From contig JASEHD010000003.1 of assembly GCA_030019075.1 (NCBI GenBank), forward strand, positions 1 to 58,676: 58,676 nt of DNA. Direction: 5' to 3'. The notes under the pieces are model-generated. The model made no database searches and was not told the origin of the DNA. It was given only the letters and a program-made list of their open reading frames with translations. Made by a program: the position numbers and the translations under genes. This DNA comes from Bacteroidota bacterium. GTDB taxonomy: Bacteria > Bacteroidota > Ignavibacteria > UBA10030 > SZUA-254. This document shows positions 39,916 to 49,746 of the stretch, piece after piece. Numbering within the stretch: position 1 is the first letter of the stretch; each line of letters starts with the position of its first letter.

Positions 39916-40139
39916 TGAAACGTTGGCACTGGATATCATTAGGTATTCTAACAATCATCTCCATCATAGTTGAACTAACGATGGTTTCAGAAACAGAACA
40001 CGGCACGCATTGGTGGAGTGTTATTCCTCTGTTTTATATTTTATTCGGATTTGTTGGATGTGTGGTGATTGTATTTTTCTCGAAAGCTATTGGGAAAATC
40101 TTCCTTCAAAAGAAAGAGGATTATTATGATACCCTATGA
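39912..40139 (+). CDS. Small two-helix membrane protein inside the mrp-like block
   Basis: 75 aa with two hydrophobic helices. 4-nt overlap upstream and 14-nt overlap downstream. No family recognised. Confidence 0.4.
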   Translation: MMKRWHWISLGILTIISIIVELTMVSETEHGTHWWSVIPLFYILFGFVGCVVIVFFSKAIGKIFLQKKEDYYDTL

Positions 40140-41856
40140 GCTAATGATTCCCCCGGCATTTGTTATGATTATTGGAGCGCTTCTTTTACCGGTTTTACCA
40201 AAGTTCTTTCGTTCTATCTGGTTTTTGATCGTTTCACTTTTAACACTCGTAATATTATGGAATTTACCTGTTGGTTCATTCCATAACATACCGTTTTTAC
40301 GTCATAATCTTGTTTTAACCCAATCCGATGCATTAAGTCGGGTCTTTGGTGCTATTTTTGCCCTGATTGCATTTATTGGTGGAATTTACTCATTTCACGT
40401 CAAAGATGTAAAACACCAGATTGCCGCACTGCTTTATGGCGGCTCTGCTTTAGGTATTACTTTCGCTGGAGATTTAATAACATTATTTATCTATTGGGAG
40501 TTGATGGCTATATCGTCATCGTATCTGATCTGGGCTAGGAAAACAAAAGAATCGGAGAAGGCGGGGATGCGTTATCTGATTGTTCATCTTTTTGGCGGAA
40601 GTTTATTGTTAGCCGGAATTTTACTTCACATTGATCAAACCAATTCAATTTTAATTACACAAATACCTCAAAATTATTCATTGGCATCTTGGTTAATTCT
40701 AATCGGAGTATGTTTGAACGCCGCAGTTCCACCACTTCATGCATGGTTATCAGACGCATATCCAAAAGCAACTGTAACCGGTGCCGTGTTCCTAAGTGCC
40801 TTTACAACGAAGGCAGCAGTGTATGTCCTTGTTCGGATGTTTGCTGGCTGGGAAGTTCTACTCTGGTTCGGTGTTGCGATGGCTTTGTATGGCGTTGTGT
40901 TTGCAGTTCTTGCGAATGATATAAGAGAGATTCTTGCATATCACATCATCAGTCAGGTTGGTTACATGGTGGCGGGAGTGGGCATTGGTACAATAATGTC
41001 TTTGAATGGAACAACGGCACACGCATTCAGTCATATTTTATATAAGGCACTTTTATTCATGGGTGCTGGGGTTGTTTTACAAACCACAGGCAAAAGTAAA
41101 CTGACGGAGTTGGGTGGTTTGTACAAAAATCAACAACTTACTTTTTGGTTATACATGATTGGTGCATTTTCTATTTCGGGATTTCCGTTATTCAATGGTT
41201 TCATCAGCAAATCGATAATTGTCGGTGCAGCGGGGGAATCGCAACTCGATTGGGCTTTTTTATTGCTCACACTTGCAAGCATCGGAACTTTTTATTGCCT
41301 CGGTTTGAAAATCCCAAAGTTCACTTGGTTCGATGGAGAGAAAAATGTGAAATCAACAAAACTGCCGTTAAACATGCACATTGGAATGGCTTTCGCTGCC
41401 GGGCTTTGTTTTATATTTGGCGTTGCACCATCGTTGTTATATCGTTATCTGCCTTTTCCTCTTCAATATGAACCTTATACTGCATCTCACCTCGTAGAAA
41501 CAGTTCAGCTATTGATATTCACTTTTGTTGGTTTTTGGTTGTTGAAAAGAATTGCTGGCGGCGAACAGCGCATCACGCTCGACACAGATTGGATTTACCG
41601 CCGGCTGGCTAAACCGATATGGAATATTATCGTCATTCCGGTTGATAAGTTTTTCTCGCATACAGATGTGATAATGATGGGAGTCGTAAAATTATTAGTC
41701 TGGACAACTAAAAATCCGATGCAATTATTCAATCCGAGCTTGAAGAATATTTCATACAATCCCGACCGTCAAAGGACAACAACACAAGTAATAATATCAT
41801 TGATATTGTTGTGTATGGTATTTTTAGGAATTGTTGGGTTGTGGTATTTGAAGTAG
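40126..41856 (+). CDS. MrpD/MrpA-core-family antiporter-like subunit, copy 3, with a C-terminal extension
   Basis: The ATG at 40126 (MIPYELM..) is preferred to the ORF-track start at 40069. Motifs VPPLHAWLSDAYPKATVTGAVFLSAFTTKAAVY, LAYHIISQVGYMVAG and HILYKALLFMGAG. Confidence 0.8.
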   Translation: MIPYELMIPPAFVMIIGALLLPVLPKFFRSIWFLIVSLLTLVILWNLPVGSFHNIPFLRHNLVLTQSDALSRVFGAIFALIAFIGGIYSFHVKDVKHQIAALLYGGSALGITFAGDLITLFIYWELMAISSSYLIWARKTKESEKAGMRYLIVHLFGGSLLLAGILLHIDQTNSILITQIPQNYSLASWLILIGVCLNAAVPPLHAWLSDAYPKATVTGAVFLSAFTTKAAVYVLVRMFAGWEVLLWFGVAMALYGVVFAVLANDIREILAYHIISQVGYMVAGVGIGTIMSLNGTTAHAFSHILYKALLFMGAGVVLQTTGKSKLTELGGLYKNQQLTFWLYMIGAFSISGFPLFNGFISKSIIVGAAGESQLDWAFLLLTLASIGTFYCLGLKIPKFTWFDGEKNVKSTKLPLNMHIGMAFAAGLCFIFGVAPSLLYRYLPFPLQYEPYTASHLVETVQLLIFTFVGFWLLKRIAGGEQRITLDTDWIYRRLAKPIWNIIVIPVDKFFSHTDVIMMGVVKLLVWTTKNPMQLFNPSLKNISYNPDRQRTTTQVIISLILLCMVFLGIVGLWYLK

Positions 41857-41942
41857 GGTTGAATACCCCATCTTAGCTTATTTTTTGTTTCTTTTCCAAA
41901 AATTCCCTAATTTAACAAAAAACTTTAATTATTCTCGCAACC

Positions 41943-43361
41943 ATGAACATTACAGAACTCTTTGCAATCGCCCCAATAATTTCTATAACAATTGTATCGC
42001 TTATTGTTTTACTCGTAGAAGCATTAGTTAAACGGAGCGAAGGGCTGAGCTATTGGATAAGCGTTGTTGGTTTAGTGGTTACTGCTTATTTTGCTATTGC
42101 AACATTACCGCTGATCGGAACTGCATTCAATCGGATGGTTACAGTCGGTGGATTCGGTAGTATGTTTGCAACGCTATTCAGTATTGCAGCGCTTCTAACA
42201 ATAATACTTTCGAAGGATTATCTTCAAAAAGAACATGCAAACTTTACAGAATTTTATCTTCTCATATTATTCTCAACCCTTGGTATGATGCTTATGGCGT
42301 CTGCTGCTGATCTCATAGTAATATTCTTGGGATTGGAGTTAATGTCTATTTGCCTCTACGTTCTTGCCGGTTTCTTACGCAAGAAAGTTTTAGCCAACGA
42401 GGCTTCACTTAAATATTTTCTGCTTGGTGCATTTGCAACCGGTTTTCTTCTTTACGGCATCGCGCTTCTCTACGGTGCATCGGGAACAACAAATATTTCT
42501 TTCATTGTCCAAAATTCATCCACACTTTCGGCGTCTCCATTTTTCTGGATTGGTCTCGGTTTATTACTAATTGGATTTGCATTCAAAGTTGGTGCAGTTC
42601 CGTTCCACATGTGGGTACCGGATGTTTATCAGGGTTCACCAACGACCGTTTCTGGCTTTATGGCTACTGGCGCAAAAGCCGCTGCATTTGCAGCGTTTGT
42701 GTTGATATTCCTACATCCTCAATCTGAAAATTCAGAACAAGTAAAAACTGTTCTTGCAGTCATATCAGCAGCTTCGATGATTGTTGGTAACATAATTGCT
42801 ATCTCTCAATCGAACATCAAACGTATGCTCGCATATTCCAGCATTGCACATGCAGGATACATGCTTGCCGGACTTGCAGCCGGTAATCAACTTGGGAAAA
42901 CAGGAATTCTATTCTACCTCGTTACCTACACATTTATGAATATCGGTGCGTTTGGCATTCTCTCGCTTCTCGAAAGGGAAGAAGATAAGAATCTCACTTT
43001 CGATGATTACGCTGGACTTGGTTTTAAGCGTCCTTTCCTTGCTGCCCTGATGGCGATATTCATGTTTTCGCTTGCAGGTATTCCACCGTTTGCCGGTTTC
43101 TTTGGTAAGTATTACGTCTTCGTTGCAGCTATCAATGCGAACCTTACATGGCTTGCAATTCTTGGTGTGCTGATGAGTGTTGTGTCAGTTTATTATTATC
43201 TCCGCTTGACTGTTCTGATGTACTTTAAAGAAGGAGATATGCAAATAGAAGGAATAATATCAAAAACGAGTTTGGCTGTCTTAACTATCGCAGCATTGAT
43301 TATCATACAACTTGGTGTTTATCCAAGTTCAATTCTTAACATCATCAACAATCTCAATTAA
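41943..43361 (+). CDS. nuoN: NADH-quinone oxidoreductase subunit N
   Basis: 472 aa, ND2-like (VPFHMWVPDVYQGSPTTVSGFMATGAKAAAF, LAYSSIAHAGYML). Confidence 0.85.
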   Translation: MNITELFAIAPIISITIVSLIVLLVEALVKRSEGLSYWISVVGLVVTAYFAIATLPLIGTAFNRMVTVGGFGSMFATLFSIAALLTIILSKDYLQKEHANFTEFYLLILFSTLGMMLMASAADLIVIFLGLELMSICLYVLAGFLRKKVLANEASLKYFLLGAFATGFLLYGIALLYGASGTTNISFIVQNSSTLSASPFFWIGLGLLLIGFAFKVGAVPFHMWVPDVYQGSPTTVSGFMATGAKAAAFAAFVLIFLHPQSENSEQVKTVLAVISAASMIVGNIIAISQSNIKRMLAYSSIAHAGYMLAGLAAGNQLGKTGILFYLVTYTFMNIGAFGILSLLEREEDKNLTFDDYAGLGFKRPFLAALMAIFMFSLAGIPPFAGFFGKYYVFVAAINANLTWLAILGVLMSVVSVYYYLRLTVLMYFKEGDMQIEGIISKTSLAVLTIAALIIIQLGVYPSSILNIINNLN

Positions 43362-43363
43362 TT

Positions 43364-44938
43364 ATGGAAACTGTTGTCACATCGGCTGAGATGCAAGCAT
43401 GTGATCATTATGCTATTGACACTCTCAAGATTCCCGGTTTAATCTTGATGGAAAATGCCGGTAGTGGAGTTGTTGAGATGATAGAAAAGCATTTTGGCTC
43501 AATGGCTGGTAAAACTGTTGTTATCGTTTGTGGAAAAGGCAATAACGGTGGTGATGGATACGTAGTGGCTCGGCATCTTTTTAACCGGGGGGCGAAAGTG
43601 ATAGTATTACTTCTTTGGAAACCGAGCGAGCAAAAAGGAGATGCAAAAATTAACTTCGAGAGTATTCAGAAAATTTCTTCGAAGTTCAATAAAGATGAAA
43701 TGCTCCAGATTAAAGAATTGAAATCAAGCCGTACATTGCGACTGCTCCCCAAACCCGATATTATTATCGATGCGATTTTTGGAACGGGATTTTCGGGTGA
43801 AGTTCGTGAATCATATCAATCGGTCATTGAATGGATTAACATATCCCACGCGAAAAAAGTAAGTATCGATATGCCATCAGGTGTGAATGCTGATAATGGT
43901 GAAGTGAATAACGTCGCTATAAAAGCTGATTTGACTGTAACAATGGCACTGAAAAAGGTCGGCTTAATCACTGGCGAAGGAATGAGTTACGCCGGTAAAG
44001 TTGAAGTGGTTGATATTTCCATGCCAAGCGAAATTTGCAAAAAGCCACAGACGTTTATTGTTGGTGCTGATGATGTGCGACGAGTTTTACCTCGCCGTCC
44101 CGTCAACGCACATAAGCACAGTGTTGGGAAGATATTCGTTCTTGCCGGCTCACCTGGATTTACAGGAGCAGCCGCAATGACTGCGAGTACTGCTATGAAA
44201 GCTGGTGCGGGAGCAGTAATTCTCGGAACTCCAAATTCTGTTTATCACATCCTTGCTAAAAAACTCACAGAAGTCATGGTCGAGCCGCTACCAGATACAG
44301 AAGAAGGGACTTTAAGTCTTACCGCATACGAGAAAATAATAAAACATCTCAAATGGTCAGATGTACTAATTTGTGGACCCGGCATCTCACGCAATCTTGA
44401 AACTTGCCAATTAATTTGGAAAATAGTTTCAGAATATAATAAAAAGATTTTGATAGATGCCGATGGGTTAAACAATCTTTCAGAGAAAATTTCATTCCTA
44501 AAGAACCATACAAGCCGGGAAATAATCATTACTCCACACACAGGTGAGCTTTCACGTCTCACGGGGTTATCATCAATTGATATTGAGAAGAATCGCGTAA
44601 GTATTGCAAGACAAATGGCTAAGCAATTTCGACTCACGCTCGTACTCAAAGGTGCGCCAACAGTTATCGCCGATGAAAATGGTATAGTTTACATCAACTC
44701 AACAGGAAACCCAGGCATGGCTTCAGCAGGTATGGGTGACATTCTTGCTGGCTTAATTGGTGGTTTATGGGCACAGGGAATGAGTAGAACGGAAGCAGCG
44801 TATTCTGGAGTTTTCCTGCACGGTTATGCAGGCGATATGGCGAGGAATAAATACGGAGAGAAAAGTCTGCTTGCAATGGATGTCCAAGATTTTCTATACA
44901 AATCTATACTTGAAATAGAAAATAGCAACTCGTTGTGA
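43364..44938 (+). CDS. nnr: Bifunctional NAD(P)H-hydrate repair enzyme (epimerase / ADP-dependent dehydratase)
   Basis: 524 aa. YjeF-N region (CGKGNNGGDGYV) plus a carbohydrate-kinase-like C-domain (GSPGFTGAAAM, GMGDILAG). Confidence 0.9.
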   Translation: METVVTSAEMQACDHYAIDTLKIPGLILMENAGSGVVEMIEKHFGSMAGKTVVIVCGKGNNGGDGYVVARHLFNRGAKVIVLLLWKPSEQKGDAKINFESIQKISSKFNKDEMLQIKELKSSRTLRLLPKPDIIIDAIFGTGFSGEVRESYQSVIEWINISHAKKVSIDMPSGVNADNGEVNNVAIKADLTVTMALKKVGLITGEGMSYAGKVEVVDISMPSEICKKPQTFIVGADDVRRVLPRRPVNAHKHSVGKIFVLAGSPGFTGAAAMTASTAMKAGAGAVILGTPNSVYHILAKKLTEVMVEPLPDTEEGTLSLTAYEKIIKHLKWSDVLICGPGISRNLETCQLIWKIVSEYNKKILIDADGLNNLSEKISFLKNHTSREIIITPHTGELSRLTGLSSIDIEKNRVSIARQMAKQFRLTLVLKGAPTVIADENGIVYINSTGNPGMASAGMGDILAGLIGGLWAQGMSRTEAAYSGVFLHGYAGDMARNKYGEKSLLAMDVQDFLYKSILEIENSNSL

Positions 44939-45339
44939 GTTTACAACTTAGACACTTTCTTAAATACCAGTTTCCTGCAATCGGATGGGCATTGTTCATA
45001 TTTGTTGCATCTTCAATTCCTGCTAAATCACTACCCCCCATGACGCTACTGCGTTATGATAAACTTATTCACATTGGTTTATTTCTTATTTTTGGATTGT
45101 TGATTTACCGTGCTTTAGGTACGGGAAAAAATAAATATTCACTTGCTTTGGGTCGAGTAATTTTATCAGTTTCTATAGTTATCCTCTACGGAGTGTTGGA
45201 TGAAATATACCAAGGAACAGTCCCTGGAAGGACATTAGATGTTTGGGATGCGGTTGCTGATACGATTGGAGGTGTACTCGCGGCGTTAGTTATTTATATT
45301 CAATATCGGATGCGGAGACATGCTCCAGACGGGGCATAA
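44935..45339 (+). CDS. VanZ-like family membrane protein
   Basis: GTG start, 4 transmembrane helices, and DKLIH...DEIYQGTVPGRTLDVWDAVADTIGG. Confidence 0.7.
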   Translation: MSLQLRHFLKYQFPAIGWALFIFVASSIPAKSLPPMTLLRYDKLIHIGLFLIFGLLIYRALGTGKNKYSLALGRVILSVSIVILYGVLDEIYQGTVPGRTLDVWDAVADTIGGVLAALVIYIQYRMRRHAPDGA

Positions 45340-45372
45340 TCTATTTTTGGAAAAACATATAGAAATTCGTAA

Positions 45373-46515
<1,143 letters not shown>

Positions 46516-46531
46516 TTATTAGGAGTTAAAT

Positions 46532-46867
46532 TTGAATATAATACATTTACTTGCAATGGCACAGGATGGTGGACAGGGTGGAGGTATGTTCAGCACGCTG
46601 ATCATGTTCGCCTTGATAATTCTAATATTTTATTTCATGATTCTACGACCGCAACAGAAACGAGCGAAAGAGCGTGAAAAGTTACTCAGCAGTGTTGAGA
46701 AAGGCGATAAAGTTATTTTAGTCGGCGGAGAACATGGTACGGTAATAGGATTAGAAGATAAAACTGTGCTTATTCAGATAGCCGATAACGTGAAAGTAAA
46801 ATTTGAAAGATCAGCGATCACATCGGTAGTTCGCAGCACTTCAGATTCGGTTGGAAAAACGAGCTAA
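46532..46867 (+). CDS. yajC: Preprotein translocase subunit YajC
   Basis: TTG start, a single transmembrane helix, and FYFMILRPQQKRAKE...GDKVIL.GG.HG. Shows the conserved tgt-yajC adjacency. Confidence 0.8.
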   Translation: MNIIHLLAMAQDGGQGGGMFSTLIMFALIILIFYFMILRPQQKRAKEREKLLSSVEKGDKVILVGGEHGTVIGLEDKTVLIQIADNVKVKFERSAITSVVRSTSDSVGKTS

Positions 46868-46888
46868 ATTGTTTTTGAAGGATTTGAT

Positions 46889-48115
46889 ATGAGCAGAGAG
46901 CATTTTAAATTCAATTCTGTAGAGGATGCGATAAAAGATTTTCAGAGAGGGAAAATCATTATTGTTGTCGATGACGAGGATCGTGAGAACGAAGGGGATT
47001 TTGTTCTCGCAGCAGAGAAATCAACTGCTGAAGCAATTAACTTCATGGCAAAACATGCTCGTGGAATCATCTGTGTTGCCTTAACTGAACAGCGAACAAA
47101 AGAACTATCGCTTAATCCGATGGTCGAGAGCAACACCTCGCTGCACGAAACATCATTCACTGTGTCCGTAGATTATGTTCATGGTACTACCACTGGCGTT
47201 TCAGCACATGATAGAAATGCTACAGTTCATTCCTTAATTGATCCCAAAACTAAACCAAGTGATCTTGCACGTCCCGGGCATATTTTTCCGTTACGAGCGA
47301 TAGAAGGTGGAGTTCTGCGTCGCGCTGGCCATACTGAAGCTGTAGTTGATCTCTGTAGTTTAGCTGGTTTATATCTGGGAGGAGTACTTTGTGAAATCAT
47401 GAATGATAATGGCTCAATGGCTCAGGTCCCTGATCTTATGCAGATAGCTCAACATTTTCATCTGCATATTATTACCGTTCAGGATCTTATTCAATACCGA
47501 ATACAAAGTGAAAAGTTGGTACAGAGAATTGTTTCTACTCAGATCCCAACAAAGTATGGTAAATTCGATATTCACATTTATAAAAGCGAGAATGATAACA
47601 AAGAACATATCGCACTTATAAAGGGTGAAATACACTCTGAAAAGCCAACACTTGTTCGCGTACATTCTGAATGTCTGACGGGAGATGTCTTCGGTTCACT
47701 TCGCTGCGATTGTAATGATCAACTTGTTGCATCACTTAAGATGGTTGAAAAAGAGGGTAATGGTATAATCCTTTACATGCGACAGGAAGGACGCGGTATC
47801 GGTTTGATGAATAAGCTAAAAGCTTACAAACTTCAGGATGAAGGATTGGATACTGTGGAAGCAAATGAGAAATTAGGATTTCGACCTGACCTGCGGGATT
47901 ACGGAATTGGAGCCCAAATCCTTAGAGATTTGGGTGTTCGACAAATCCGATTAATGACAAATAATCCCAAAAAGATAGTAGGTTTGCATGGTTATGGGTT
48001 GGATATTGTTGAACGTGTTCCATTGGAAGTTAAACCCCATGAACACAACGAAAAGTATCTTAAAGCTAAACGCGACAAATTGGGTCATTTAATCCTCCTT
48101 GATCAAAAGAAATAA
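46889..48115 (+). CDS. ribBA: Bifunctional 3,4-dihydroxy-2-butanone-4-phosphate synthase / GTP cyclohydrolase II
   Basis: 408 aa with [18 protein letters not shown] and the zinc site HSECLTGD...CDC. Confidence 0.95.
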   Translation: MSREHFKFNSVEDAIKDFQRGKIIIVVDDEDRENEGDFVLAAEKSTAEAINFMAKHARGIICVALTEQRTKELSLNPMVESNTSLHETSFTVSVDYVHGTTTGVSAHDRNATVHSLIDPKTKPSDLARPGHIFPLRAIEGGVLRRAGHTEAVVDLCSLAGLYLGGVLCEIMNDNGSMAQVPDLMQIAQHFHLHIITVQDLIQYRIQSEKLVQRIVSTQIPTKYGKFDIHIYKSENDNKEHIALIKGEIHSEKPTLVRVHSECLTGDVFGSLRCDCNDQLVASLKMVEKEGNGIILYMRQEGRGIGLMNKLKAYKLQDEGLDTVEANEKLGFRPDLRDYGIGAQILRDLGVRQIRLMTNNPKKIVGLHGYGLDIVERVPLEVKPHEHNEKYLKAKRDKLGHLILLDQKK

Positions 48116-48172
48116 ATTTTACTTGCTTTTCTAATCTCCATGTTGTAGATTAATTTAAGAAATCAATTCACC

Positions 48173-48207
48173 AGCCATCACTGATTATTGTGATGGCTCT
48201 TTTTTTG
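48173..48207 (+). terminator. Rho-independent terminator
   Basis: AGCCATCAC (48173-48181) pairs with GTGATGGCT (48190-48198) around an 8-nt loop, followed by CTTTTTTTG. Confidence 0.8.
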
Positions 48208-48251
48208 TTAATATATTTTCATATTTGTTATGGTTTTTTTTGTAGTGATTT

Positions 48252-48740
48252 ATGAGTGAGAGTAAAAATAATGGGATTATATATCTCACTCGAGAGAGAT
48301 TAGTGGAACTCGAACACGAGCTCCATGAACTTAAGTTACATGGACGTGCTGAAATGGCTCAAAAGATTCAGGAAGCGCGTAGTCACGGTGATCTATCCGA
48401 GAACGCTGAGTATGATGCGGCTAAAGAAGCACAGCAGCATCTTGAGCTGAAGATTGCAAAAATTGAACACACATTATCACGCACACGCATCATCGAAAGT
48501 AAAGAGCTTCCAAACGATAAAGTGTATATTCTCTCAACTGTTAAGATAATGGATCTACGCTCGAAAGAAACTGTAACTTATATGCTGGTCTCACCTGAGG
48601 AAGCTGATTTCGATAAAAATAAAATTTCTGTAACATCACCCATAGGCAAAGGATTGATCGGTAAAAAGGAGGGTGACCGGATTAAGATCCAGGTCCCTGC
48701 CGGTATATTGGAGTATGAGATACTTGAAATCTCTCGCTGA
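48252..48740 (+). CDS. greA: Transcription elongation factor GreA
   Basis: 162 aa. The coiled-coil N-domain carries the GDLSENAEYDAAKE acidic tip. The C-domain has SPIGKGLIGKKEGD. Confidence 0.95.
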   Translation: MSESKNNGIIYLTRERLVELEHELHELKLHGRAEMAQKIQEARSHGDLSENAEYDAAKEAQQHLELKIAKIEHTLSRTRIIESKELPNDKVYILSTVKIMDLRSKETVTYMLVSPEEADFDKNKISVTSPIGKGLIGKKEGDRIKIQVPAGILEYEILEISR

Positions 48741-48767
48741 TTTTTTTATCGTTACATACTTGCTAAA

Positions 48768-49146
48768 TGCCATCCAATCTTGAAGTAAAAGCGAAAAATT
48801 GATTTACTATCGACGTGAAGAAAATTCAAGTCTGCGTAGAAGTGATTTCGATATCCTCCAGATTGATGATCCCAAAATTTTGAAATCTAAACTTGAAAAA
48901 TCATATGGTATTCAAGCTGTTGTCAGAAAAAATCGGAAGTTATTTTTATACCACGGGACACGTATTCATATTGATTATGTTGACGAATTAGGTACCTTCA
49001 TCGAATTTGAGGTCCCAATGGCTGCAACAAAGAATGCCGGGGATGTTGTAAATATTCTCATTCAAAAATTTTGTATTAACGATAGCGATTTCATTAATAA
49101 ATCGTATCTTGACTTAATGAACTTGAATAATAAAAGAGAAAAATGA
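48768..49146 (+). pseudogene. CYTH-domain (class IV adenylate cyclase / CyaB-like) gene with an internal deletion and frame break
   Basis: The ATG at 48768 encodes MPSNLEVKAKN then TGA at 48801-48803 (the ExExK-type N-terminal motif only). A different frame from the TTG at 48799 encodes LIYYRREE...TRIHIDYVDELGTFIEFEV, which is the C-terminal two-thirds of the CYTH fold. The ~45-50 aa that normally lie between are absent. Confidence 0.55.
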
Positions 49147-49212
49147 TGAAGTGAAATCCTGTCTGAATATCACGGAAACATCATATATTCCACATAGATT
49201 GCCAGTTTTTAT

Positions 49213-49241
49213 TTGCGTAAGCGTGGAAATTTTGTTATATT
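49213..49241 (+). promoter_or_regulatory. Candidate sigma70-type promoter of the tRNA cluster
   Basis: TTGCGT (49213-49218), a 17-nt spacer, then TATATT (49236-49241), about 15 nt upstream of tRNA-Gly. Confidence 0.45.
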
Positions 49242-49255
49242 AATACCCATTAATT

Positions 49256-49328
49256 GCGGGAATAGCTCAGTTGGTAGAGCGTCACCTTGCCAAGGTGAAT
49301 GTCGCGGGTTCGAATCCCGTTTCCCGCT
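49256..49328 (+). tRNA. tRNA-Gly (anticodon GCC)
   Basis: Hand-folded cloverleaf. Acceptor GCGGGAA/TTCCCGC, D arm GCTC..GAGC, anticodon arm TCACC-TTGCCAA-GGTGA, T arm GCGGG-TTCGAAT-CCCGT. CCA is not encoded. Confidence 0.9.
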
Positions 49329-49408
49329 CAAATAATGCAAAAGTAAAGATACCATATCATAAAACAAAGGATTTTTTTACTTTTGCATTTTTAATTATTT
49401 TGATTATT

Positions 49409-49458
49409 CTGGCGCCGTACCGCACCCGCCGAAGGCGGGCAAGAGAGGTAAGTGAGAT
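49409..49458 (+). repeat. Copy A of a 50-nt module: tRNA-Cys nt 1-11 fused to a GC-rich hairpin
   Basis: ctGGCGCCGTACC + gcaCCCGCCgaaGGCGGGcaagagaggtaagtgagat. It ends 3 nt before the GIY-YIG ATG. Confidence 0.85.
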
Positions 49459-49461
49459 TGT

Positions 49462-49743
49462 ATGTATATAGTTTATATTTTAAAAAGTTTAAAAGACGGA
49501 AAACATTATACAGGATCTACGAATGATATTAAAAGGCGTTTGAAAGAACATAACTCAGGAAAAACAAAATCTACGAAGAGTAGATGTCCATTTGAATTAA
49601 TTTATACTGAAGAGTTTGAAGATGGAGATGATGCTAAGCAAAGAGAAAAATATTTAAAGACAGGAAAGGGTAGAGAAGAAATAAAGCAAATTTTATCTGA
49701 TGCCGTACCGCACCCGCCGAAGGCGGGCAAGAGTGATAAGTGA
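49462..49743 (+). CDS. Small GIY-YIG nuclease-superfamily protein (YhbQ/UPF0213-like), copy 1
   Basis: MYIVYIL..DGKHYTGSTNDIKRRLKEHN.G......FELIYTEEF....A.QREKYLK...R..IKQIL matches the GIY / YxG / R / E layout. The last ~15 codons (SDAVPHPPKAGKSDK) are read from repeat copy B and are probably not native. Confidence 0.8.
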   Translation: MYIVYILKSLKDGKHYTGSTNDIKRRLKEHNSGKTKSTKSRCPFELIYTEEFEDGDDAKQREKYLKTGKGREEIKQILSDAVPHPPKAGKSDK

Positions 49744-49746
49744 GAT
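49697..49746 (+). repeat. Copy B of the 50-nt module, with a mutated tRNA-Cys nt 1-11
   Basis: 46/50 identical to copy A by eye. Differences are GC to AT at 49700-49701 and two in the tail. It is followed by 10 nt and then a 26-nt block (49757-49782) that repeats 49684-49709. Confidence 0.85.

Noticed and set aside
40069-40125. The ORF-track start at 40069 for the third MrpD-like gene.
   Set aside because: It would add a basic, non-hydrophobic 19-aa extension (MYFSRKLLGKSSFKRKRII) that lies entirely within the preceding small ORF. The ATG at 40126 gives a typical membrane-protein N-terminus.
46868-46888. An FMN riboswitch upstream of ribBA, and T-box leaders upstream of asnS, thrS and pheS.
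   Set aside because: The upstream spacers are 21 nt (ribBA), 47 nt (asnS), about 100 nt (thrS) and about 100 nt (pheS). All are too short for these elements, and none contains the conserved cores.
49271-49471. The 66-aa ORF starting MVERHLAKVNVAGSNPVSRS.
   Set aside because: It is simply the translation of the tRNA-Gly gene and the downstream spacer and repeat. It has no ribosome-binding site and no protein-like composition.
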